A DNA stretch of 62,971 nt from Aplysia californica (Eukaryota), in NCBI RefSeq assembly GCF_000002075.1, contig NW_004797741.1:436822-499792 (forward strand). Reading direction: 5' to 3'. The translations under genes and the position numbers were made by a program. Shown one piece after another: positions 1 to 12,309 of this stretch. Position 1 is the first letter of the stretch. Each line of letters starts with the position of its first letter. A model generated the notes under the pieces. The model was not told the DNA's origin. It did not search any database and saw only the letters and a list, made by a program, of their open reading frames with translations.

Positions 1-1669
1 GGGGGGATTTTTTTGTTTACATGAAGGATTTTAGTTTTAATTTGCTTTAGTGGTGACTAAATGCAAAATAGGTTACTGCAAAAGTCAAGCAGTCTTGTTT
101 TCTCGCAGTACCTTTTGAAGGCATTTTCAAAATGAAGTGTAGTCCGGGAAGGATGCCCCAACCACAACTGCAATTGAATCATCTGAATATTCAGATATTT
201 AAAAAATCTCTCGAATCTAGCTCTAGAAATTGAATTCAATGCAAAAAATGCTTCCTCCCAGTCCTTGCAGAATGGCATGAATGAAAGTAGCAATGCCAAT
301 CGGGCTTCCGCACATGGTGAAAATTTGGTCCCTGTTTGCAGGTGAACTTTTGGACCCGGTCGGAACAATAGTGACAAACTTTCTCGAGCTCGTTCTGCGC
401 TATTTCTGGACCAACGTGAATGAAATTAGGCAACCATTCAGAAAATAGGGCAAACTAATGATATGTGGAAGTTGAAGATCGTACACATAAATTAACCTAC
501 TTTCGTATCGACTACATTGAAAACTAAAAGGAGTTTTTGATGCCAAGATGGTAAGAGATCCATCTTTCCTCTATAGTAATTTAAAATTTGAACGTTCTGT
601 GTCAAGTAGGTTTGTGCACAATTTACCATCTATAAATGTACCACTACCCCCCTGTCCAAAGCGGCTTCGCGCGGAGACCGGCCATTTTCTCCTCACTCCC
701 TATGAAAATGTTGTGACCTACAAATCCCCGCATGACTATTCCGAGCCTGTTCATTGGTCACTTGAAACAGGGCAATGGCTTGCGCGCACATCCGGTTGTT
801 TTTCTCTCTGTTCCCCTGTAACATCGCAATGGGGATATTCCGAGGCGAGCTTATCGGGTGTTCGCGTCTCAACGGGATGAAGGGGATTTTAATTGAACGG
901 CATGTTAGATTGAATTAAGCTAGGTGCAAGGTAACTGCTTTGCTCCCTTCACGACCTTGACCTTTTTCACTCCGCTTTTTGTGTACTGTGAGCGGAATGT
1001 AATCCCAAAAATGATCCCAATCTACTCCCTGTCATCTTTCCTAAGGGAGAGCAAAATGCAGTGACACTGAAAATCTTACTTAGTAGAGAGCTGTAGTTGT
1101 AATCAGAATTTTAAACATTAAATAAAAACATATTTGCTTCCAGTTTCAGTTTGTTTCGGGGGTTTTTTGTCCTCTCGTGTTGCGTCCAGCCCTAGCCCTC
1201 CCCCTATCCCCGAGTGCGTCTCTTAAAAAAATCAATAATCTCCCCCCCATTCCTGAGTCCTGTACTTCGAAGCGCTCAGAACACGCGCAGGTTCATTGAC
1301 CGGTCACAATGGCGAGCCCGAAAAGATGCTTGTATAACTTTCTTTTCTTTATGTTGTCCCCCTGACAGTGACAAATATTGATTTATTTTCATGGCAACAT
1401 CACGTTTGTAATGCCGAACCTTCATGTTACAATAATTGTTGCGTTATCAGACAATTACTGACAAATTTCTAGGTGGTAACGAAAGCGAAAGTAAAGGCTT
1501 ACTGGACGCTCTGTTATGAAATTTAGTGGGTATCATGCTGAACTATAGAGCGGTTGACCCTAGTGCGTCATCTTCGAAAAAGCGCAAACTTTGCAAACAG
1601 AGTTACCCTACTTGTGTGAAAAACAATAAAAGTGACACTCTTTTTGGCTGAGTGAACTATCTCTTGGAC

Positions 1670-1790
1670 CCTCCGGTTACTGTGTACGTTGATACTGAGA
1701 CTACGTGCCCAGTTACCGTGTACCTAACCTGAGGCTACGCGCCTGGTTACCGTGTGAACTTGAGGCTACGCGCCCGGTTACCGTGTGCGT
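1670..1790. repeat. Short tandem array (~30-35 bp, GAGGCTACGCGCCCGGTTACCGTGT), likely a MULE subterminal relic
   Basis: About 4 degenerate units. The motif resembles the termini of the elements at 2135 and 51490. Confidence 0.6.
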
Positions 1791-2134
1791 AGACACAAAA
1801 CTTGGATTGCAGCTAATGGTGTAAGAGTGGTGACTGCGTTATTCTGAGGCCACTTCTCGCATTATATGTAGCGGGATTTACCTGATGTTTTCCCTTTGAC
1901 GAATCGGTCCCGCATAAGGTGCGGGACGTTGACGGTAGCGTCAATGTACTTGCCCCGCAGCTTGTGCAGCACACGTCGCGAGTGAGTTAATGAAAGAAAT
2001 TACAAAATCGCTGTTTAATGAACAACAAATGAAATTGAATGGCATCCAAACGCCCACTACCAAAACAAAAACATTGCCAATTGCTCTCACTCTCAGTAGT
2101 AATCTATAGCTCTCTAGCCTCTCTATTTACACTA

Positions 2135-3579
2135 GGGAGTGTCAGACCCGGTAACCGGGAACAAAGTCACAAAGTATACAGGCCCGGTATGGGAACTCTT
2201 TTGTGATTTCGGAAAGTTCTTCTTGGCTCAGAGTAGACCTAGATCTAGGTTCTTCTTCTAGATCTATGGCCTAGGTCTAGATCTAGACAGACAGACATAA
2301 ATCATTGATCTAGTTTCGAGGCTAGCCTGGATCTAGATCTAAATGAAGATTGCGAATGTCTTTTCGATGAACGATCGTTTTTCCTCCGTTTTGGAGTTGG
2401 AGAGGAATCACAATTTGAAGAAAAGAACAATGTCATAACTAATTACAATCGAGCTGTCACCCTCTCTAGTAGGCACTACTTGATGGTGGTCCCGACTTGT
2501 GTAGGCCTAGATCTACTGAAATATCGATACTGATTTAAATAGTCGGTATCAATGTTTTATATTTTATCAGTAGCTTAGATCTAAACCTAGCCTACAAAAT
2601 GAGCAGTAAAATTTCACTTGTTTTTCACAAGGCAAGGGGGGGTTGCCCCCCTGACTTTAAAAAAAAAAAATCATCGGGTGTTTCAGGGGGGGCATGCCCC
2701 CCTGAATTTGAAAACGATTTTATGTTTTGAAATTAGGTTTGAAAGGCTATCTCTCCATATCGGCACGCGAATCAAAAAGTAATTGTTTAGACTTAAATCT
2801 AGTACCAAAAGTAATCGTTGTTGGGGTCAAAACTAGATCTAAATTCTAGATTTTCCCTGTCACAAAAGTCAGGACCACCATATTTTTCAAGAAAGTGGCT
2901 ATTCTCACCCGCCCGGAAGTTCTCGCAAGATCAACTCCTCCCCTCTTCTCTCTCTCTCTGTCTCTTTCTGAATACTGTCTAACGGTGTGGACGATCAAAT
3001 TGACCAAAACAAAGTTAATAAATGATGTTAAAACATAAAAAAAGTAAATTAATTTGGCTGTCTACAAAGATGCTACGGCTATTTAACTTTTCGAATCGAG
3101 CCGAACTACGCGGGTCACCATTTTGTTTTGCCCGGAAATTCTCGCGCTACTCCTCTCTCTCTCTCCACTGCCCACAGACAAAATTGTACGCTTTTAGTAG
3201 GCTACAGTTGTAATGGAACGTTTGTTCACAGCACAGAATTCTACAATTTTTCTGTTATCACAGTGTAGAATTCTGTGGTTTAGGGTGAACGCAAAATTTG
3301 GTGAACGCGCACCGGGTGAGAATAGCCACAAGACTCGCCTGCACTATTCTCACTCCGGGTGAGAATAGAGGTGGCCCTTTTTCAAAGTAGAGTAGTGCCC
3401 CCTCTCTAGATCTATTTCTCTCTCTCTCCTCTGTCTCTGTGTATCGCTCGCATTCTCTTTTTCTTTGTTTGTCTCTGTCTTTCTTTCTCCCCACCTATTT
3501 TCCACTGTATCTTTCTCTCGTTCCCTCCTGTCAACTAGGGCATATGTACATTTTGCTAGCACTTCCCCTTGCTCTCTCT

Positions 3580-3614
<35 letters not shown>

Positions 3615-3713
3615 TCGGGTCTGGGCGCTGAAACTTTCCGAAATCACAAAAGTCCTACCAGGTCTGCATACTTCGTGACTTTGTTCCCGGTTACCGGTTC
3701 TGTATACACTTCG
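2135..3713. mobile_element. Non-autonomous Mutator-like (MULE) element with nested repeats
   Basis: ~80-bp imperfect TIRs (2135-2218 vs 3631-3713) and a perfect 9-bp TSD TTTACACTA (2126-2134, 3714-3722). Confidence 0.8.
2895..3376 (+). repeat. Dispersed repeat, copy A (GGCTATTCTCACC/GGTGAGAATAGCC family)
   Basis: Collinear similarity to 39278-39785, e.g. ttttcgaatcgagccgaactacgc..gccattttgttttgcccg. Confidence 0.75.
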
Positions 3714-3812
3714 TTTACACTATCTAGGCCTAGTCACTAGGCTAGGGCTAGGCTACAGGTAACACACTAAACTACACACGTACTCCTTCAGTTCAACAGT
3801 ACAGACACAGGA

Positions 3813-3938
3813 CTAGATCTAGAATCTAGATATAGATCTAGAATATAGATCTAGATCTAGATAAAATATAGATGTAGATCTAGATTCTATATCTAGATCT
3901 AGATCTAGATCTATATCTATAGATATAGAATCTAGGCC
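3813..3938. repeat. TAGATC/TCTAGA palindromic low-complexity tract
   Basis: Dense AGATCT/TCTAGA overlaps; similar tracts at 2236-2341 and 40001-40210. Confidence 0.85.
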
Positions 3939-3982
3939 TACACAGTGCAACAGTTCCATTCAATCATCAATCGTTCAATTAC

Positions 3983-4004
3983 CATCATTTGAAATGTAAG
4001 GCAT
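3983..4004 (-). CDS. Candidate first coding exon MPYISND(G), selenoprotein K-like; the rest of the gene would lie left of the window
   Basis: caaagATG CCT TAC ATT TCA AAT GAT G|GTAATT: A at -3, phase-1 donor, and resemblance to the SELENOK N-terminus MVYISNG. Only 7 codons are visible. Confidence 0.45.
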
Positions 4005-4199
4005 CTTTGTCTTTAGCAGTTACTTGTTGGAAGGCACCCTGCTGACGAGGTTCTGAAAACAAGAACACTCCCAACTTCCTTCATGGAAGCAAATACGAGA
4101 AAACAGATTTTTGTTACAGTTTGGGACTTGCTTCTCTCACTCAATTCCCTTTCGAACTTTCGATGGATGTGACACGCAACATAAACAACGTTGGACAGA

Positions 4200-4720
4200 G
4201 TTGATATTTTTTTGGAATCGGCGCAGTACACTCAACAGTGAATCAGCTCATTTGAACGTAGGCTACGCGGTGTGATAGCCAAGGCCTACGTAAACCATTG
4301 TGGTTTGCTGTTTATGTTCTGGCCCAAACTAAAAAGTAATCCAAGAGGGGAACGACGTATTGCCAGAAATTTGGATCTGCTGATTTGATTCCGCAGTCAA
4401 GGTACTCATTTTTTGATGACGTTTTGTGGTTTCCGGGATACTCTTGAAAACTATTTTCGTTTCTCTTTCAGTGGTGTAGTAACCTCAGGACAACAACAAT
4501 CAAAGTTGGGATTTGAAAGACTTTTCTGGAAGGAACAAATTCAGATGCACGAATGTTGACAACACACCATAGTTTTCAGTAGTTCTGTAAGTTGTTAGTG
4601 AGACAGGGTGAGTACAGCAGTCATTGAGAATGTCTTTGTCTTGGCGCTCAAAGAGTGCCTCTGTCGCTATTCCTATTCCTAGTGTCAGTACTGTGGTGAC
4701 AGTGAGTACCACCGTCCGTT
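4200..4720. promoter_or_regulatory. Putative bidirectional promoter and YOD1 non-coding first exon
   Basis: Unique, CpG-retaining sequence with TGACG and TTCCG motifs. Plus-strand donors GTAAGT (4587) and GTGAGT (4608, 4702) could splice to acceptors at 7580/7643/7675. The minus-strand ATG exon is at 4004. Confidence 0.45.
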
Positions 4721-5672
4721 ACTGATGACTAGGCCTGACGTCGTAAATCCGTGGTTTGTCAATTCAAAGCCCAAGTTCAAGTTATCCCCCCCCCCACCCC
4801 CAATTATTAGACCATAACCGGCCATTCTAAAACTGTCAACAGCTGTCTTCTTGATCTAGACGGCAGCCTGCTGACTCAGTAGGTCTTTTTTCTTTGCAAA
4901 TTGCAGGAGACTGTTCGGTTCGGTTGTCTGTGATTGTGCAGCACCCATCTTCCGCCGAGATTGATTCTGATGCTGTACACTACGTAAATTGAGAAAAAAG
5001 ACTAAGAGTAGGCCTACTGTTCGGTTCAGCTGCCGTTGTGCAGTCGTGTTGCCACCATGACTGACAACAGAGTGAAAATCCCTCAATGACGTCAAACAAG
5101 ATATAATGGCTGTTACTATAAATAGGCCAGTAACGTACATCTGATGTTCTCTAATTATCCGCTTGTGAGCTTGACTGCCTGCATGCCAGCATGATGAAAT
5201 GAATATAATATGTCAACAAACTGTTGGCCAATTTGAGCCGGGAGACAAGTTTTACTCAATTGATACTGACTCATCAAACTCAACATTCTCCCAACAAAAT
5301 CGAAGCCTATTGTATTTTAGGATCCCTCCTATTAATTGAAGTGTTTTCTTCTACTTCTAGATTTTCAATTTTGTTCTTAGTCGCAGAGTTTGGGTAAGGC
5401 TAACTCATGCATTTAATTGTGTGCCTGGGCCACTTGATTGGGGTTGTTTTACTGCCGGATTATAGTGACTCAGCACAAAAACTTTTCAGTTTCAAGCTTC
5501 AAAATAGAGAGTTCATTGTGGGGTTGGTTTCCATCCCTGTGTGTTCTGCTGGTGTGTTCATTTGACCTCAGCTTTAGTTTTGTCCGCACCCAAATTATGA
5601 TCTGGAAAGTGATAATGTGGGAGGGAATACATTACATTGGTTCAACAAATGTATTAAATTTCATTTTAAAAG

Positions 5673-5856
5673 CAGGGATGCCAAATCTCCAGTTTTTCCG
5701 GCTTTTTCCGGGTTTTTTATACACTTGCAAAGGAAAGGGAAATGTAAAAGAAATGTTTTTGTTTACCCATTTAAGATTTTACAAGGTTTGTTTTAGGTGA
5801 GGTGTGATGCTCCGCTCATTTTCAGGGTTTTTTTCAAAAATCATTTGGCATCCCTG
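5673..5856. mobile_element. hAT-like MITE
   Basis: TIR CAGGGATGCCAAAT / ATTTGGCATCCCTG with a flanking direct repeat TAAAAG. Confidence 0.65.
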
Positions 5857-7684
5857 TAAAAGTAGAGCTGTAAAGCACAAAGTACACTCAAAGCTCTTGA
5901 CCTTGGGCCCCTGGGGGCTGTATTTTTTGCACCCCGCTATATAAAGCATTTTCGACACCCTCGCTTTCCAGTGGGTCTCATCAGTCTGGCCCCGCTTAGC
6001 TTTACGTGTACCAGGCATCTCATTTCTGCAGCCGAAGTGTGTGTGTGTCTGTCTGCCTGTGTTTGTGTGTATTTGTGGCCTACTTTCAGAACCTAACTTG
6101 AATGGTCTGTATTGGTTCAAAAACGAGGCGTACGTAACATCTTGTTCAAAACAAGTTAAGTTCTTTTTTTTAGCAATGAAATTTGAACAAATTGACCCAC
6201 TTAGATATATATATGAGAAACTCGAAAGCATAATCAGGAAAAGAATCTTTCATATGAGCTTGATTTTACATTGAATGATCTGATATTTAAATACTGATGG
6301 TTTTTAAATTGTGTGCAGTAAATTTGAGAGCAAAACTTTTGGTTATTGACCTATATATATATAATTTTTACTTTTGAACCACAGATTAATTGTGATATCA
6401 ACAATAGCATCTAAAAAGGTTAAATTTGAATGGGCATAGCCTCGCCTCTTTTTTTGTCACCGTAAGTGTGTGCTATTAGCTCCAAGAGACAAATGTAATA
6501 AATCACTGAAGTCATGGGGGGCATGAAAAACGCTGGGGTTTTTTTCAGTTTAAAAACTCCACAGTTCTTGGTCACTTTTGTTGTCTCGACACTTTTTATA
6601 GAGCAATGCATTTTCTGTTTTGAATTAGTTTTGGTTAACAGAGGGTGTTTTGGGAAGGAAAACCAGAGGGAAAAGGAGGAAAAAAGGCATGTACAGTATA
6701 ACACGGATAGGTCGAACACAGAAGACTCGAAATCATGCTTCCATCGAACTGTGCCTGTGGTTCTGTATTTTTCTTATAAACTTTAACTTTGTAAGAAAAT
6801 TACGCGAAGCTCAAACACAAAGGATAGTTGAACTAATTACGCCACCATAGTGGTCTAAAGTCAGTGTTCTTTGAGGTGCTCTTGAGACAAAATAATAATT
6901 ATTTAAAAAACGGAAAAGGGCAAGGTCGTTAAAATACCACCTTCCCCCCTCCACAGGAGCAGCTAGCCGTGCTATTTTTAGCGTGCTGCTCAACATGAAT
7001 GGCTAGCCCCTAGGCCTAGCTAGGCATTGGTGGAGCAGGTGAGAGGAAGGGTTGTGCATCACACGATTGACCGTCCCACCCCTCTTCGCAAAGGACTGCG
7101 TGTATGGTGGGAGAGGCAGGGAAGGGCTGCATTGCTCTCAGACAAGTGAACGGAGGTAATCGACCTATTATTTTGCCCCTAAAGTTGCAATCTTTGATGC
7201 TTCCCTTGATTCTCTGACACAGCCGATGCCATTATAACACTGTTCTCGTATCCCTCGAAGTACAGTCCCAACGAATTCGAACTATCCATGTTATACTGTA
7301 ATATGATAGTAATGTGATAATTGAAAAAGTTCAAGAGATGAGAGAGGGCGTGACAGAGAGGTTGTCCATTTTCATTTTGACTTCAAAAATTATATCTTGC
7401 AAATGGATGATTTATTGAGAAAGAAGCTCTCAAACTCCTGAGAGCAATTATGGGCCGCTTAACAGTTAAACAGGGCACTTTACTCTATGTATGTTTAATC
7501 ACTTACAAATTTTCACACTGCTAGTCTAGGCCTAGATAAGATTATGTTATTTATACATGGTTGTTTTTTTGTTTTTTCAGTGTTAGTCATAGATGGAGGA
7601 AGGACTAATATTATACTAGCTTTTTGATTTTTTTTTCATTTAGTATAAAAATTGTTTCTTTCCGTCAATTGGCAGATCCTGAAA

Positions 7685-8638
7685 ATGTCAGGTCAACAAC
7701 TTCGACTGCGGGTACAGACCAAACTAGGACCCAAGATGTTGGATGGTTTATATCTAGCCTCAACTGTAGGCAAGTTGAAAGAAACTATTTCAGCAGCTGC
7801 CGACATACCACCACATAGAATAAGATTAAGACAAGGTTACCCTCCAAAGATTATCGATATAAGCAATGACACTGCTGAGTTGTCAACATTACCGTTTCGC
7901 TCTGGTGACACTATCATAGTTGAGGAGGATGAGTCTCATTCCCAGGGCATGGTCCCAGAGACCAGTTCCTCCTCATCGGACGATCGTCTCGACACTCTGC
8001 TCCACCATCAGTTGGAGGAAGGAGCATCTGGAATACTCACCCGACGTGTTGTGCCAGCAGACAATTCCTGCTTATTCACAAGTACTCACTTGGTCATGAG
8101 TGAGGGTGCTTTGGACTCCAGCGAGGCGAGCCACCTAAGGGAGGTTATCGCCGGCATCGTCTCAAAAGATCCAGTTACTTATTCAGAAGCTTTTCTAGGG
8201 AAACCAAACAAGGAGTATTGCAAATGGATTCGGGACAAGAATTCTTGGGGAGGAGGAATAGAACTGTCTGTCTTATGTCAATTTTACTCTACAGAGATTG
8301 CTGTAGTGGACACTCAGAGCGGGAGAGTGGACAGGTTCGGAGAGGACAAGAATTACAAAGAGCGAGTTTTCCTCATCTACGATGGAATCCACTACGACCC
8401 TCTGGTGTATGAAGCCGTAGACCAATCTGGGGGAGTTTGCACAAAATTCTCCATACACAATGCTGTCATCTTGGCTCAGGCTCTAGAATTAGCCTCCGAA
8501 GCAAAGTCAGTACGCCAGTTCACTGATGTGGAGGGGTTTTCTTTGAGGTGCCTAGTATGCCAGACGCCTCTGCGAGGACGGAAAGAAGCCACTGATCATG
8601 CCCAGGCCATGGGGCATCTCAACTTCGGTGAATATTGA
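7685..8638 (+). CDS. YOD1: Ubiquitin thioesterase OTU1/YOD1, 317 aa, CDS without introns
   Basis: First ATG is at 7685 (aaaATG). The protein has an N-terminal ubiquitin/UBX-like domain (LRLRVQTK...GYPPK...GDTIIVEE), an OTU domain with catalytic motifs PADNSCLF, WGGGIEL and YDGIHYDPL, and a C-terminal C2H2 finger (CLVC...HAQAMGH, NFGEY). The ORF track start at 7652 is a non-ATG extension. Confidence 0.96.
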   Translation: MSGQQLRLRVQTKLGPKMLDGLYLASTVGKLKETISAAADIPPHRIRLRQGYPPKIIDISNDTAELSTLPFRSGDTIIVEEDESHSQGMVPETSSSSSDDRLDTLLHHQLEEGASGILTRRVVPADNSCLFTSTHLVMSEGALDSSEASHLREVIAGIVSKDPVTYSEAFLGKPNKEYCKWIRDKNSWGGGIELSVLCQFYSTEIAVVDTQSGRVDRFGEDKNYKERVFLIYDGIHYDPLVYEAVDQSGGVCTKFSIHNAVILAQALELASEAKSVRQFTDVEGFSLRCLVCQTPLRGRKEATDHAQAMGHLNFGEY

Positions 8639-10167
8639 TCAAAGTTAGACTCTTGCTGCCTGTATCAATCACATATCTTATATTTATATCAGGGTGCAGT
8701 TTTGTTCAAACAAAGGACCCAAAAATAAGAATGGATGTCATAAAACATTCAAATTAGTCAGTGGATAGTTTTATTCTTTCCATCTCAACCGGAATAATTG
8801 TGACTCTTGAAATGGACATAGAAAGTTCTGGGTCTCTAATGTATACTGAACTGCGACTGCTGATAGAAAAAAGAAAAAGAAAATTAAATGACTTGGATGA
8901 GTTTCATTGAAACCCTTTATTTTTTTAGCTTCCTCTATTCCAAGCATTTTTAATTTTTGTTGGAGTTGTGGAATACATGGTAGTATTGGTAGTGGTCGTG
9001 AAGGGAATAGTTCTTGTTATAGGTGATGATGTGAGCCAGAATTTTTTTGGCATCCTACAAATCTTATTTCATATTTGTAATAAAGTGAGCAGTAATTCCT
9101 ATGAAGACCGAACTACAGTGTCAATGAAAGGGAGCACAATTTTAGCTTTTCAATTTACGTTTTAAAAAACGTTATTCTTGTTTTTAGTTGTTTTTTTAAC
9201 GTTGCTTTTAAAATATTATGTTGTTTCAGGATTATAGTTCATTAATGCGAACATTCTGGAATGCTGTCTCTCTTTTACTGTTATTTTTTTCTTTTTTATG
9301 TGTTTTTGTATTAGTAAATAAAGTTCTTCAAGTTGTGATCAGTTTAGCAAATTTTTTTTACGTTTTAATTACTGTTTGGAAAACATTGTTTGGTTTTATA
9401 TATATTATATACCTCATAATACTATATTTTGAAGTTTCTCTGTGAAAGAGAAACAGTTATGGGACCTCTAACTCTTATCTATTTAAGTCAGTCCAGTTTA
9501 TGGACATAGTCATTTCAAGTATGTTTTATGTTTTTGATAATTTATAAAATAAAAAAGACTGGATTGGTGGAATTTATTTGATTTGGATCTTCAAGTTTTT
9601 AGGAACACCCGAACAAAATGCTCATCTACAGGTTACAGGCTGCTGGATTTTCATAGAGTGCTCTTTGTACTGAACCGCTATAAATCTTGTTTGTCCATGT
9701 GCACAACTTTCATTTAAAACTACCGTCAAATACATTTTCTAACCTTTGCTTTGTTGGGATTCTTTCAAGCTTTACAAATTTTTACTTAAACTTTTTTTAT
9801 CCAAGTAGCCATTTCCTGAGTGTAGTCACTCTATCATGTCAGGCACAAATCTGACTGTGTGGCGCGATTTTGACCATATTTGCAGTTATTGTTACTGAAA
9901 ACTACCTTTCAAAATGTAAGAAACCGATACATTTTTGCAAATGTTTACAGTAGAAATGTATGGAAAATGCCTTCTCAGCCTTTTGTGTAGTACTACTACA
10001 GACACATTGTACAAAACTATTGTAAAACAGAATGAAATTTAAGATTGCACCATATTTGAGGCACGGAATAAATGCTGCATATTAAATTATGTGTGTGACA
10101 CATATTGGGAGTACTTATTATCTGTCCATGCGTACACATGTACGCAGCATGACTATTGTTCATTGTT

Positions 10168-10560
10168 TCAGGAAGAAACATCCTTGCAGTTCGGACACAT
10201 CCACTGATGCTCCGTTGCTCTCTCCAAAATGCCGCTGAGGGTCTTTCTACTGATTGTGCCAGTGCATATCTGGTTGAACGTTCTTCTGTTCTTTCCTGCA
10301 AGGATGCCAGATTTTCTACTTCCTTTCTGAAAACCCAAACCCATCATCCACTCCACAGCAGTACTGGCCTCTGCCTCCTTATCTTCCTTTTCAGTCAGGT
10401 GGTGAGAGAGACATTCAAGGATCTCGACCTTGTCTGGTTGAAATGTGCTGTCTACTGAGGTGGTCTCACCAGCCAGTCTGTCGGCTTTTTCATTTCCTTT
10501 AACACCTGCATGGCCAGGGCAGAAATGTGTCGATTGCCTGTGAATGTTACATCTTTCTAT
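10168..10560 (-). mobile_element. LINE 3' fragment (RNase H C-terminus + Cys motif; I/ingi/Nimb-group-like)
   Basis: PGHAGVKGNEKADRLA is the RNase H motif; a terminal CPNC follows. Confidence 0.75.
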
Positions 10561-11122
10561 TGTTAGCTCTATAGCTGAAAGGTCTTCTAAAAATTGTATC
10601 AAAGTAACAAGGACCTGAAAAAGTAATAGTCTCCTCTACTTATTAATATAATAAGAATAAGATCCCTCTCCATTCAATTCAGGAGAGAAATCAGAATGTC
10701 CTGAATACAGTCAAATCTGTTCATTGTGCCCCATCTTGTAATGACAACCCTGTCTACAGCTGCTGATATCCCTGTACTCCACGCAAAAAAAAAACACCCA
10801 GGTTATTTTGACCCCCACCCCCTTTTTTGGGGGGGGGGTCTATATTAATTTTTTTTTTTTTTTTTTTTTATTAATATCTTACAAAATTCACATTCCTCTG
10901 TTCAATGCCACTGGACCAGATTTTTTCAAACTCGTTGCTGGCAGTTAAGAGGTTTAACCACATGTACTTCAGCAGTGTCCTCTCTTAATTGCAAGTTTAG
11001 TTTTTATTTGAATTTATAATTTAAAACAAATCTTTTCCAGGATATCATTTTTTTTTTCTCCAACTTTAAGATTGTCAGTCAAAAAGGCACATATGATTGT
11101 AAACGGTTTATTGTTTGTGAGT

Positions 11123-11156
<34 letters not shown>

Positions 11157-12309
11157 TTGTGCATGTGAGCTGTCTGTGTGTTCATATTATATTTTTATGA
11201 GTGTATAACTATAACACATTTGTTCCCAAAACCTACATAGTTGTGAACTTAAATGCATGTGTGTGGGAATTTTGTATGCATGTGCATTACAGTTTTGTTT
11301 TTGACTGACAGAGGTGTGAAAGTGTACTAGTAATACTCAGTTTTTTTAATAACTTTGAATTTTTACAAATTGAGGATGAAATTCCTGTCAGCTGCATGAT
11401 ACAGAGGCATCAGTATTGTTTATATTTGCGCCAGAGAACATTGATTGTTCGACTTGTTGAAAATGTGTCATATAAAAGCATATGGAGAGACTGCTTGAAA
11501 GAAATCAAATACAGTGTGTTGTTTCAAGCCATTCACGTACGTGTGCCATGTACTGTACAAATACAAATGAGTGACAGAACTAAAGCAAATCAAAGAGTAA
11601 AAATCTGAACTATATTTTTAATGTATATTTTGTCACACTAAGTGAAAAAAATTACAGTAATTTTTTTTAAAGGCAGTTCCTCAATCTGTTATAATGCAGC
11701 ACGAGATACAGTACTGGAGGTCAAGTAATATTATAATATATTTATGTGGAAGAAATATGTAAACGTCAACCCCTTTCATTGTTCTAAAGGTACTGCTTAG
11801 GTTGATGTACAGTTCCCCAAAAGTATTATATTACTTTACTTGGGCACCTCTGCTTATATTCATGTAGTTTTCATGCTTTTCCAACAGGTGTAATGGTATT
11901 CAAGCAGTGTACCTCGACTCCAAATCTTTGGTGATGTTAGTACATGTACATTGTAATGTTAATGACATAGCTTGTACCCTCGCCTCAAATCAAAATTATT
12001 TATTGTTCCCCTTCTATAGAGATGGGACACAGAATGGCCAGCATAAATACATGTACTGGATTATTGTCTTTGTGAAGTTTTGATTTTCTCTCAAGTACAA
12101 GTACAATATGGTATTAGACTAGAGTAGGTAGAACAAAGTTTGCGGAATCTGAATTCAGCCCGAGGTCTGGTGACTCAATTATGTTAAATTAATATTTTTG
12201 GCTTGATGAAGTTAATTAATGTAATTGTTGGCATTAGAAATAAATCATTTATGTTTTTATCACTTCTAGCCAGTGTAAATTATTTTGCAACATGGATGAT
12301 TAAATAATA

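Noticed and set aside
57-880. ORFs of 106-110 aa, and a search for exon 2 of the SELENOK-like gene
   Set aside because: There is no recognisable domain or suitable TM-encoding exon. The region looks like repeat-derived intronic DNA.
7652-7684. N-terminal extension of YOD1 given by the ORF track
   Set aside because: It uses a non-ATG start and overlaps a polypyrimidine/acceptor region. ATG 7685 fits the family start.
7685-8638. YOD1 as a processed pseudogene
   Set aside because: The ORF and catalytic motifs are intact, there is no poly-A or TSD, and upstream splice acceptors imply a 5'UTR intron.
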